Source of the DNA: an uncultured Enterobacter sp.
GTDB lineage: Bacteria > Pseudomonadota > Gammaproteobacteria > Enterobacterales > Enterobacteriaceae
Direction of reading: 5' to 3'
Length of the DNA stretch: 32,000 bases
Assembly (NCBI GenBank): GCA_963521185.1
Contig: CAUQTV010000001.1
Span: forward strand, 581,081-613,080
This document shows positions 7,849-15,911 of this stretch, piece by piece; position 1 is the first letter of the stretch, and every line of letters begins with the position of its first letter. Below the pieces are notes generated by a model. That model was not told the DNA's origin. It ran no database searches and saw nothing but the letters and a program-made list of their open reading frames with translations. The position numbers and the translations under genes were made by a program.

Positions 7849-8038
7849 AGGATATGTCACGCGAAGGGATCACTAAAAAGAATACGCCAGAAATGGCTTG
7901 TTATTCAGCGGCTTGTGATAAGCGAATTATTATGCCCCCTGGCCTGAAATTCATCCGTTACGTTGACATATCCTGACACCGACACCCCGCATAATATCCC
8001 CACAAAACAACAAACTGACATCAAAAGGACTTCGGGAC

Positions 8039-8761
8039 GTGAAGAAGCCTCACACTCGCCATGACCGACTGGCGGTGCGCTTATCGGTGATGATAAGTCG
8101 CTTGCTGGCCGGGGAAACGCTCAATCTGGGTGCGCTTGCGGAGGAGTTCGGTGTTTCTGAGCGCACTTTGCAGCGCGATCTGCATGAGCGGCTTTTGCAT
8201 CTCGATCTCATTCATCACAACGGTCACTACAGCATGCCGGGCAACCGCATTCGCCAGCACTCCCCAGATATTCTGACCTTTACGCGTAATACCGGGATTG
8301 CGGCGGTATTCCCCGGTCAGCACCGCAGACTGGTGAATACGATAGCCGCCAGTAAAGACATGCAGCCATGCGTGATTTCGCTGCCGGAACTGCGTTTTTC
8401 CGCCACCGTGGCGGACTGTTTTCACCGACTGCTGCTGGCCATTACACAGAGTCGCCGCATCATTTTATTTACCGACGGCGAACAGTACGTCAGCACGGAA
8501 CCTTACCAGCTTATTTTCCAGAAAGAGGCCTGGTATCTGGTGGCGTGGTGCCAGGACGCCGTGCAGGTTTTTGCGCTCGACGATATCGACGCGGTGATTG
8601 TGATGGAGCAGGTCTTCAGCCGACGCCGGGATATTAGCGCGCTGGCGGCGCAGGCGCGTTTTATTGCCGCACTTCCGTATTTCCGCGTTATTCATGAGGT
8701 GCAGGCGACGCTGAATCAACACGGTGATGGCTTCGATAAACGAAACCAGAAATATTTGTAA
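8039..8761 (+). CDS. HTH + WYL-domain transcriptional regulator
   Basis: N-terminal DeoR/YafY-type HTH (LNLGALAEEFGVSERTLQRDLHE). Central WYL signature (PYQLIFQKEAWYLVAWCQDAVQVFALDDI). GTG start 9 nt after AAGGA. Confidence 0.8.
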   Translation: MKKPHTRHDRLAVRLSVMISRLLAGETLNLGALAEEFGVSERTLQRDLHERLLHLDLIHHNGHYSMPGNRIRQHSPDILTFTRNTGIAAVFPGQHRRLVNTIAASKDMQPCVISLPELRFSATVADCFHRLLLAITQSRRIILFTDGEQYVSTEPYQLIFQKEAWYLVAWCQDAVQVFALDDIDAVIVMEQVFSRRRDISALAAQARFIAALPYFRVIHEVQATLNQHGDGFDKRNQKYL

Positions 8762-8798
8762 ACCTCGCCACGCGCTTATTTAAGATGAGAATGTCACG

Positions 8799-9089
8799 AT
8801 GCACACTTCCGAATCCCGCCCTCTGACGCCCGTAGAGAGCTGGCAGAAATTATTAACCTGGCTACTGGCCAAACATTATGGACTGGCGCTCAGCGAAACG
8901 CCTTTTGACGATCCGGCGGTTATTGGCGGCTATATTGATGCTGACGTGTCGCTGGTGGATGCCCTCAATGAATGGGTTAAGTGCGTAGCGATCACGCGCA
9001 TTGATACGCCCCCGTTCCACTGGCGGGAACCCACGCCCTATATCGAACTTATCGATATTTTGCAGGCGCAGCAGTGGGTGAAATTGTAA
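8799..9089 (+). CDS. CbtA/YeeV/YkfI-family (type IV TA) toxin-like protein, short form
   Basis: SRPLTPVESWQKLLTWLLAKHYGLALSETPFDDPAVIGGYIDADVSLVDALNEWV..ITRID lines up by eye with E. coli CbtA [54 protein letters not shown]..LVRTD. It is shorter at both ends than the 124-aa CbtA. Confidence 0.7.
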   Translation: MHTSESRPLTPVESWQKLLTWLLAKHYGLALSETPFDDPAVIGGYIDADVSLVDALNEWVKCVAITRIDTPPFHWREPTPYIELIDILQAQQWVKL

Positions 9090-9141
9090 GAAAAGGGTGG
9101 CTGGTAGGGGTTATAGCATGGAGGACATTTACTCCCCCGCT

Positions 9142-9600
9142 TTATGATTCCATAACGATCGGCGCAACACCCTCATTTGTGCGGATCCAACGCGGCGCGA
9201 TCATTTCGGCAGTGAAGTATTCGACCAGTTCTGCCAGCAAACTGCTGAGCTGTTTTTTCATTATTTCGGGGATTTCGTCGTAGTGTAAAAGTTGGGTAAG
9301 CGTGAGGCAGTAGCGGCACAGCGAATCGGCGTCAGGGGCGAAGCGCGGGAACGTGTCGGGCAAGGTATTTACGGTCAGACTGTCGCGCAAATGCAACGGG
9401 ATGGGATCGAAGAGGTCCGCCTGAATCAGCTTCAGTACCGCGGCCAGGCGGGCGTAGAACGCCAGTTTCAGCTCAGGATCGTCGCATTCAATCTGGGCAA
9501 TAGCGAGTTCCTCGCACAGCTTCGCAAGCGTAGTGAAATCGGTATCGGCATTGAAGGGAACACAAAGTAACGGGTGTGCGTTGACGAGGATCGTAGCCAT
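9142..9600 (-). CDS. Hypothetical acidic protein (152 aa), no family recognised
   Basis: Long ORF with balanced codon usage, convergent with the cbtA-like gene and divergent from the xre-RES pair. I recognised no motifs. Confidence 0.5.
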   Translation of the reverse strand: MATILVNAHPLLCVPFNADTDFTTLAKLCEELAIAQIECDDPELKLAFYARLAAVLKLIQADLFDPIPLHLRDSLTVNTLPDTFPRFAPDADSLCRYCLTLTQLLHYDEIPEIMKKQLSSLLAELVEYFTAEMIAPRWIRTNEGVAPIVMES

Positions 9601-9829
9601 AGGGACAGCCTGTACCTGATTTGCGAATGCGTGAGAAGCATACTGTGACAGGAGATGGCTGACAATTGTAATGAGGATAAATGCGGCGAGCTACGCAGAA
9701 GTGGAAAATAGCGCCCTGAAACTAAAAATCCATGCAGGGTGGGGGAAAAGAAAGTCTGCGATCCTTTTTGAAGGTTATGGCGGATATGATATTATTAAAT
9801 CATTCCAATAACCCATGCGGGAGAGCGTC

Positions 9830-10504
9830 ATGCGTGTCCAGAAAGTGCAATCTGGGGTTTCCACCCTGACTGGAACCCCGGAAGAAGTGCGTAACAGGCT
9901 CGGTAAATCACATGCCGATCACGTGCTGGTCGTCAGTTTCGAGCACCTGAGTCCTTCCGGGTCAAAAATATTTATTGAAAATCTGTCCAGCGTGGCGTCG
10001 TCCATGTTTGGGCTGCTTCAGGAACAGCAGAGTCGCAACTCGCTACAGCGTCTGGCGGATGCACTGGTGCCGCGTACACCAGCGCCACCCCGGCTTATCA
10101 GAGAAACAGCCATGCTGGTTAAGGCGCGCAAAGCCGTTCTGGACAGTGGTGACTGGCTGAGCGCTGCCGAACTGGCACAGTTGGCGCAGCTGAGCACCAC
10201 CAATCCGAGCGCTCAGCCGAACAAATGGAAGAAGAACGGACACATCTTCGCGATTCACCACAACGGTGTTGATTACTTCCCCGGCTATGGCCTGGACAGG
10301 GATGCGAATTTCCGGCCTCTGAAAACGATGGCTCAGGTGATCGAGGTGTTTGACGGCCATAAAGACGGATGGGGGATGGCCTTCTGGTTTCTCTCGGCCA
10401 ACAGCTTCCTTGGTGGGAAACGACCGCAGGACTTACTTGCTACAGACCCTGAGCGGGTGATCGCGGCAGCCATGGATGAAGTTCAGGGTGTCGAGCATGG
10501 CTAA
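9830..10504 (+). CDS. Xre/MbcA/ParS-type antitoxin (C-terminal DUF2384 toxin-binding domain), long form
   Basis: C-terminus WFLSANSFLGGKRPQDLLATDPERVIAAAMDEV is the DUF2384 signature. It sits immediately upstream of, and overlaps, a RES-domain gene. ATG 9830 is preferred over 9815 because GGGAGAG (9819-9825) lies 4 nt upstream. Confidence 0.75.
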   Translation: MRVQKVQSGVSTLTGTPEEVRNRLGKSHADHVLVVSFEHLSPSGSKIFIENLSSVASSMFGLLQEQQSRNSLQRLADALVPRTPAPPRLIRETAMLVKARKAVLDSGDWLSAAELAQLAQLSTTNPSAQPNKWKKNGHIFAIHHNGVDYFPGYGLDRDANFRPLKTMAQVIEVFDGHKDGWGMAFWFLSANSFLGGKRPQDLLATDPERVIAAAMDEVQGVEHG

Positions 10505-11204
10505 GCGTCCTGTCAGGGCAAAGGGTGTCCCTGAGCAACCGGAGCAGGAGGAGGCGGGAACTACGCCACTGCCTCAACCCGGTCCCCTTAAAACCACAAC
10601 ACTGTCAGTGAGTGCAGGAACAGTGTTGCACCGCGTCCATCAGGAGCAATGTGCGGCCGACCAGTTCAACCCGGGTGTCAAAGGCAACGCGCGTTTTAGC
10701 CCCATCCGGAATGCGGAGGGCGGCACCATCCCGACCCTGTACGCAGGCCTGACCAGGGAGTGCGCCATGATGGAGACCGTCTTTCACGATGTGCCTTTTG
10801 CGCCAGGGCTTAAAACGTACGATAAAAGCAAACTGGACGGGCAGTTGCACTCGACGCTGATGGTCACCGACGATCTGGAGTTACTGGATCTGACCAGTAT
10901 CTCGTTGCGCAAACTGGGTATCACCCGCAAGCAGTTGATCGATACGGAGAAGGATCAGTATCCCAATACCCGCAAATGGGCCGAGGCGTTGCATCAGCAG
11001 TGCCCGACGGCACAGGGGTTATCCTGGGTCTCCAGGCAGGATGACACCACGCGGGCCATGGTACTGTTTGGCACTCGGGTTTCTGTGCAGGCACTTCGTC
11101 CCACAGGCGAGTCGCTTAGTCTGGTCAATGACACCGCCACCTACGATGCTGTGCTCGATTTGGCTGAGAGGCTGGATGTGCTGATTGTCCCGGGTAAAGA
11201 CTGA
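10497..11204 (+). CDS. RES-domain toxin (MbcT/ParT-like NAD+-targeting family)
   Basis: R-E-S landmarks are GNARFSP, RECAMMETVFHD and GLSWVSRQDD. ATG 10497 overlaps the antitoxin stop (ATGGCTAA, 8-nt overlap); the listed start at 10476 is the alternative. Confidence 0.85.
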   Translation: MAKRPVRAKGVPEQPEQEEAGTTPLPQPGPLKTTTLSVSAGTVLHRVHQEQCAADQFNPGVKGNARFSPIRNAEGGTIPTLYAGLTRECAMMETVFHDVPFAPGLKTYDKSKLDGQLHSTLMVTDDLELLDLTSISLRKLGITRKQLIDTEKDQYPNTRKWAEALHQQCPTAQGLSWVSRQDDTTRAMVLFGTRVSVQALRPTGESLSLVNDTATYDAVLDLAERLDVLIVPGKD

Positions 11205-11476
11205 GCCGATTGTCACGTTGCAGCGGCGATGCGCTTAGCCAGCCTTAAGGGCGTATGCGTCCATCAGTTGAACTCACAGCGAACAACCGACGTTACGTGT
11301 ATAAGTGAAAAAGTGCTGATTTTTCATTCAAGCCCTGTTAACTTGAATGACAATGAAAACACACTCATTTCTATTCCATTCAATTATTATCACCTGTCTG
11401 ACTCAGGTGGGATAACGTTCGCCATTTTCCCGCCGGTAAGGCGGGCCTTACCGGAAATTATCTAGTGAGGTAAACA

Positions 11477-11983
11477 ATGGACACCGCTACAGTAACAACG
11501 TCAGAAAAACCTACTTTGCACCTGTTATGTGGAAAAATTGCATCTGGGAAATCCACACTGTCAGCAAAGCTGGGATCATCACCTGGCACCGTAATTGTCA
11601 GTGAGGATCTTTGGCTGGCTGCTCTCTTTGCTAAAGAAATGCATTCCATATCTGATTATGTTCAGTATTCCTCAAGGCTGAGAAATGCTATGAAACCTCA
11701 TCTGGTGTCACTACTCAAAGCTGGTTTATCAATAGTTCTTGATTTCCCGGCAAACACACAAACAAATCGTGAATGGATGATGAGCATCATTAAGGAGTCA
11801 GGTGCTTGTAACCAACTGCACTATCTCAAAGTATCTGATGAAGTATGTAAATCCCGCTTACGCGCTCGTAACGCAGAAGGAGAACATGAATTTTCCGCTT
11901 CAGATCAACAATTTGAAATCATAACGCGTTATTTCTCAGAACCAAAAGCTGATGAAGGGTTTAATATTATAGAATACAGCTGA
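11477..11983 (+). CDS. P-loop NTPase / small kinase-like ATP-binding protein (AAA_33-like)
   Basis: Walker A CGKIASGKST near the N-terminus. About 170 aa, typical of small nucleotide or antibiotic kinase-like proteins. RBS GTGAGG upstream. Lies in the AT-rich context. Confidence 0.7.
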   Translation: MDTATVTTSEKPTLHLLCGKIASGKSTLSAKLGSSPGTVIVSEDLWLAALFAKEMHSISDYVQYSSRLRNAMKPHLVSLLKAGLSIVLDFPANTQTNREWMMSIIKESGACNQLHYLKVSDEVCKSRLRARNAEGEHEFSASDQQFEIITRYFSEPKADEGFNIIEYS

Positions 11984-12090
11984 ATCCATCTTTATGAACA
12001 TAAGCCGTCTGCTGGCGGCTTTACAGCCTGGGCGCGGAGCGGATAGGTACGCTGGTCTTTAGCGGCTGTAAACAACCTACAGGGTGACTC

Positions 12091-12300
12091 TCAGAGTGAA
12101 TTTCTGCGCTTCCACTCATCCACCACATCACCTAAGTTTTTTGGTACATCATTTCTTATCCAGGCCATAAACGCACGATCAAATTTAAAGTTCGGACCAC
12201 ATTCATCAATCATGAAACGACGAACATTTTGTGTATTTTTGTAGTTGTTATCCACGAAAGTGGTGCGATCTAAAGAAGAACCATGCCAGTCTGTTTTCAT
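12091..12300 (-). CDS. Small protein, DUF6434-like
   Basis: 69-aa ORF with YKNTQNVRRFM...FKFDRAFMAWI, a pattern I associate with DUF6434 proteins. Assignment is from memory only. Confidence 0.45.
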   Translation of the reverse strand: MKTDWHGSSLDRTTFVDNNYKNTQNVRRFMIDECGPNFKFDRAFMAWIRNDVPKNLGDVVDEWKRRNSL

Positions 12301-12671
12301 TTATTTATTCCTAAAAACAAGTGTAGTAGCCTAAAGCTATCATACTAACTTTTGATATGTCCGCACCTGGCACACAGAGAACATCCAGGCCTCTCCGGTC
12401 ACGGCATGAAGGGCAGAAAATCCAGAACAAGGCGGGCATTTTCTCAACCGCAACTGCGCAGAGACATCACTGATGCTCGCAAACCTTTATGGTGCCAGTG
12501 GGTGCCTGTCGAAGATTGGCCGGCAAACCCGCCCGGTTAAGTCATTCCTGCTGGCTGCGCGGAATCTTGCATGCCAATATGATGTGCTACATGCTTATAC
12601 CTTACAATTTATGCGACAGTTTTGCTAAACGCCCTAAAATTGAAGCTCAGCCAGATGTACGGAGTCTACTC

Positions 12672-13157
12672 ATGTGGGAAAAATTTATAATCAAAAACTT
12701 CAACAAAGTTAAAGATGTTAATTTCAAGAGAGCACCGCTCTATGAGTCAGAAGGTGGATCTCTTACCTCTGGCACTTTGGCGATAAAACTCGGAGCATCT
12801 GTTGACACTCTTCCCCCAGGCAAAAGATGTTCACCTTTTCATTTTCATCATGTTCAGGAAGAAATGTTTATCGTTTTAAAAGGCAATGGAACATTGAGAA
12901 TCGCAGATGAGATGGTTGAGATAGAGGAAGGGGACGTTATATGTATTCCCCCTGGAGAGGCATACCCACATCAAATCATAAATACTTCATCCTTGCCACT
13001 TACTTATATGTCTGTGAGTACCATGGAGACGCCCGAGGTCTGTGAGTATCCAGACTCAAATAAATATTTAGTTAAATCAACTAACCAGAAAGAACAGGGG
13101 TTTAGAGTCGCAGATTTCAGGAGCAGAGGGGTGGATTATTGGGAGGGTGAGCCTTGA
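12672..13157 (+). CDS. Cupin-domain protein
   Basis: Cupin motifs are FHFHHVQEEMFIVLKGNG and GDVICIPPGEAYPHQIIN. ATG 12672 is preceded by GGAG (12661-12664). The listed upstream extension from 12489 has no cupin-like sequence. Confidence 0.75.
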   Translation: MWEKFIIKNFNKVKDVNFKRAPLYESEGGSLTSGTLAIKLGASVDTLPPGKRCSPFHFHHVQEEMFIVLKGNGTLRIADEMVEIEEGDVICIPPGEAYPHQIINTSSLPLTYMSVSTMETPEVCEYPDSNKYLVKSTNQKEQGFRVADFRSRGVDYWEGEP

Positions 13158-13476
13158 TTCAAAAAATACCGTTTCCATTTCTATCACTAGTAACATCCGC
13201 TCTTGGCTCGGAGCAGAAATGCGCGCCCAGCAATGTCCGCTGTGAGCGAGGTATAGTCATTCGTACCCTGAGAATTACACTTTGAAGTGATTCAGGGTAT
13301 GCGCTTACTGGTTACGAATATTGAGCGAGAATCATGTGATGATCGCCGCTTTTCTTTCGAACCAGTAGGTGCTCCACGTTCGCTAACGAATACTCAGGGC
13401 ATGCAGATAAACTGCTGGCTATATTTCTTTCGAAGAGCGTGGAATGCATACCAATCCCCGATAAAAGGAGTTGGTG

Positions 13477-14715
13477 ATGACTGCGACTAATTAATTTGCT
13501 GCACATGTTGGTCTGGACTGGGCAGATAAAAAACACGATGTATGTGTTCAGTTTAAAAACGGTGAACGCGTATTCCATGTGATTGAACATACAGCAGAAG
13601 CGCTTGATGCCTGGCTTACCGAGTTACACCAGAAGGTAAAAGGCAGGATCGCTATAGCTCTCGAGCTGAAGAAGGGACCCGTGGTGTATGCTCTTCAGAA
13701 ATATCCGTTTATCACCGTTTTCCCCGTCCACGCTTTGTCCCTGGCTCGTTACCGGCAAGCCTTCTCGCCCAGCGGAGCTAAAGATGACCCGCAGGATGCC
13801 GAGCTGGCATTAGAGTTAATGCTGCGTTATCCCCAAAAGATAAAAGCCATTGAACTCGACAATGCGGATATCCGGTTACTCCAGCAACTGGTTGAGCAGC
13901 GTCGTCAACTGGTTGAAGATAAACGACGTTTCGTGAACCGGCTAATCAACACGCTTAAACAGTATTATCCTCAGCCACTGGAGTGGTTCTCACATCGGGG
14001 TAGCTTGCTGTTGTGTGAACTGATTATACGGTGGCCCAGTCTGCAACAACTCAAACGCGCCAGGCGCGATACAATCCGCGACTTTCTCAATGCTAAAGGT
14101 GGCCGCGCAATGGCTCTTACCGAGCAGCGTGTGGTGAGTATTGATAACGCGATCCTATTGACGACAGACCCGAGTGTTATAGAGGCTAATGCTTTGATGG
14201 CAACAGCACTGGCGACACAAATTAAAGTCGTGAGTGAAATAATCAAAACCTATGACGAACGAATCGAAACGCTGTTTGACACATTGCCGGATGCGGTGCT
14301 GTTCAAATCACTTCCGGGCATGGGGCCGTGTATGGGCCCACGAATGCTTGCTGCACTTGGTGATAACCGTGACCGGTTTAACAACGCTGAAGAAATTCAA
14401 AACTACGCAGGTATTGCACCGGTGACAGAACGAAGTGGCCAGAAATCCTGGGTTCACTGGAGATGGCAGTGTGCGAAGTTCGTCAGGCAGACATTTGTTG
14501 AATGGGCTGCCAGGACGGTTAACTCATCATACTGGGCCAAACTTTATTACCAGGGCCAGCGAGACAAAGGGAAATCGCATCAATCAGCCATCCGGGCTCT
14601 GGCGTTTAAATGGATAAGGATCATTTACCGCTGCTGGAAGACCAGAACCCGCTACGACGAAGCAAAATATTTGCTGGCACTCGAAGCGCGACGCTCGCCC
14701 TTACTTAGGCCATAA
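13477..14715 (+). mobile_element. IS110-family insertion sequence, transposase gene region (minimum extent, element ends not determined); frame interrupted by TAA at 13492-13494
   Basis: AAAAGGAG (13463-13470) followed by ATG 13477 reads M-T-A-T-N-stop. The same frame then continues F-A-A-H-V-G-L-D-W-A-D-K-K-H-D-V-C-V... into the listed ORF. GLDWADKKHD matches the N-terminal GIDxxK motif carrying the first DEDD aspartate. Confidence 0.7.
13579..14715 (+). CDS. IS110-family transposase, longest intact ORF (lacks N-terminal catalytic Asp segment)
   Basis: Typical IS110/IS1111-type sequence: LKSLPGMGPCMGPRMLAALGD...AGIAPVTERSGQKSWVHWRW.C.KFVRQTF.EWA...YY..QR.KGKSH..AIRALAFKWIRIIYRCW. The GTG start is simply the first start codon after the in-frame stop. 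Confidence 0.8.
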   Translation: MIEHTAEALDAWLTELHQKVKGRIAIALELKKGPVVYALQKYPFITVFPVHALSLARYRQAFSPSGAKDDPQDAELALELMLRYPQKIKAIELDNADIRLLQQLVEQRRQLVEDKRRFVNRLINTLKQYYPQPLEWFSHRGSLLLCELIIRWPSLQQLKRARRDTIRDFLNAKGGRAMALTEQRVVSIDNAILLTTDPSVIEANALMATALATQIKVVSEIIKTYDERIETLFDTLPDAVLFKSLPGMGPCMGPRMLAALGDNRDRFNNAEEIQNYAGIAPVTERSGQKSWVHWRWQCAKFVRQTFVEWAARTVNSSYWAKLYYQGQRDKGKSHQSAIRALAFKWIRIIYRCWKTRTRYDEAKYLLALEARRSPLLRP

Positions 14716-14978
14716 AAGCTTGTCGAATGTCTCAGGGCGTGAAGCGGACAATGCTAACAGCATTCTGTGTGAATCAATAGGGAGCATGTCATGTTAATCA
14801 ACAACGATATATTTTCTCCATATGCACGTTCAAGTTCATTGCGTCAGTAAACTATATAATTGCTAACGATGATAAGTATAATTATATAAGCCTTTGCCCT
14901 TAGCTTTTGAATAATTTTGTTGAAGTTTCACGAAAATAATGATAAACAAAAAAAGTAGCAATAATTAAGGATTTAATT

Positions 14979-15911
14979 ATGGAATGGAGATTTTTAGGTT
15001 CTATATCAGAGGCTAGGAAATCTGGCTGTAGCGGAGTTTATCTTATTGTCCATAAAGGGATTTTCAATCGTGTGGTTTACGTTGGGGTAAGTTGTAATGT
15101 AGGTAGAAGGATAAACGAACATTACGACGGTTACCTGAGAGGAAACCGAACAATTTACGACGCGGGCCACGATGACGACGTGTATCGCTTCATGTCAGCT
15201 TATAAAATTCATAACCACACAAAATACTATCAAGCCTTGGCGAAGGATTATAAGATATGGGCATCTACAACATTGCATTCTGATTTGCCGAAAAACATGC
15301 TAGCAAAAAGCCAAATCTTTGATACCGACTGGCAGAGTATTGCATTTGAAAAATATATTCCTCAACTGGTAGTATGGGCCCTTCCAATGGCAAGTTACTG
15401 TTATTCAAATGCAAGCAGGATTGAAAGTGTAATCCAATCAAAGCTCATTAAATCTTTTGATTTGAGAGGTTTTTTTAATATAAAAGAACTAAGCATATTG
15501 GGTAAAATTGAATATCCCTATATGGAAAAGGTCAAGGCTTTCATTATTGATACGCCTGATTTGGATCCGGCATCCCAGCTTATTTTTAGCAATCTGTATA
15601 ACAAAAAAACTGATGACAACTTCTGTAAAGAGTTCCACTCACAGTTTAAAAGAGAGATTTTTCAGAGGGAAATTGGAACTCAGAGAAAGCGAACTATCAG
15701 GGAGCATAAGGTCTCTCTTTATGAAAATTATGGCAAGCCTTGGACTTTAAAGGAAATGGAAAAACTTAGAGTCATGCTTGTCGATTTTGATTTGTCCCCG
15801 ACAGAAATATCTGAGTATATGGGAAGAGAGCCTCGCTCTATCTCTAAAAAAATAAGCGAAAATGATAAAGTTACTAATTATAAATGGCGAGAGAGCGTCG
15901 GCTGGTTGTGA
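14979..15911 (+). CDS. Hypothetical protein with N-terminal GIY-YIG-like nuclease motif and C-terminal Myb/SANT-like HTH
   Basis: SGVYLIVHKGIFNRVVYVGVSCNVGRRINEHY fits GIY-(x10)-YxG-(x)-R..H. RIESVIQSKL is a possible catalytic Glu helix. The C-terminus KPWTLKEMEKLRVMLVDFDLSPTEISEYMGREPRSISKKI resembles a Myb-like repeat. Strongly AT-rich gene. Confidence 0.55.
   Translation: MEWRFLGSISEARKSGCSGVYLIVHKGIFNRVVYVGVSCNVGRRINEHYDGYLRGNRTIYDAGHDDDVYRFMSAYKIHNHTKYYQALAKDYKIWASTTLHSDLPKNMLAKSQIFDTDWQSIAFEKYIPQLVVWALPMASYCYSNASRIESVIQSKLIKSFDLRGFFNIKELSILGKIEYPYMEKVKAFIIDTPDLDPASQLIFSNLYNKKTDDNFCKEFHSQFKREIFQREIGTQRKRTIREHKVSLYENYGKPWTLKEMEKLRVMLVDFDLSPTEISEYMGREPRSISKKISENDKVTNYKWRESVGWL

Noticed and set aside
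7963-7997. Sigma-70 promoter for the WYL gene using TTGACA (7963-7968) with CATAAT/TAATAT (7990-7997)
   Set aside because: The spacing between the hexamers is 21-23 nt, well outside the usual 16-18 nt, so I do not call a promoter here.
11229-11465. 78-aa ORF between the RES gene and the kinase-like gene
   Set aside because: It has no RBS and odd composition, spans the compositional junction and contains the hairpins. It is probably non-coding.
12489-12671. N-terminal extension of the cupin ORF
   Set aside because: The extension is Cys/Arg-rich with no similarity to cupins, and ATG 12672 has a GGAG RBS.
13287-13590. Short ORFs (13287..13490 plus strand, 13312..13590 minus strand) upstream of the IS110 transposase
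   Set aside because: They lie in the presumed non-coding end of the IS, overlap the transposase RBS and N-terminus, and carry no motifs.
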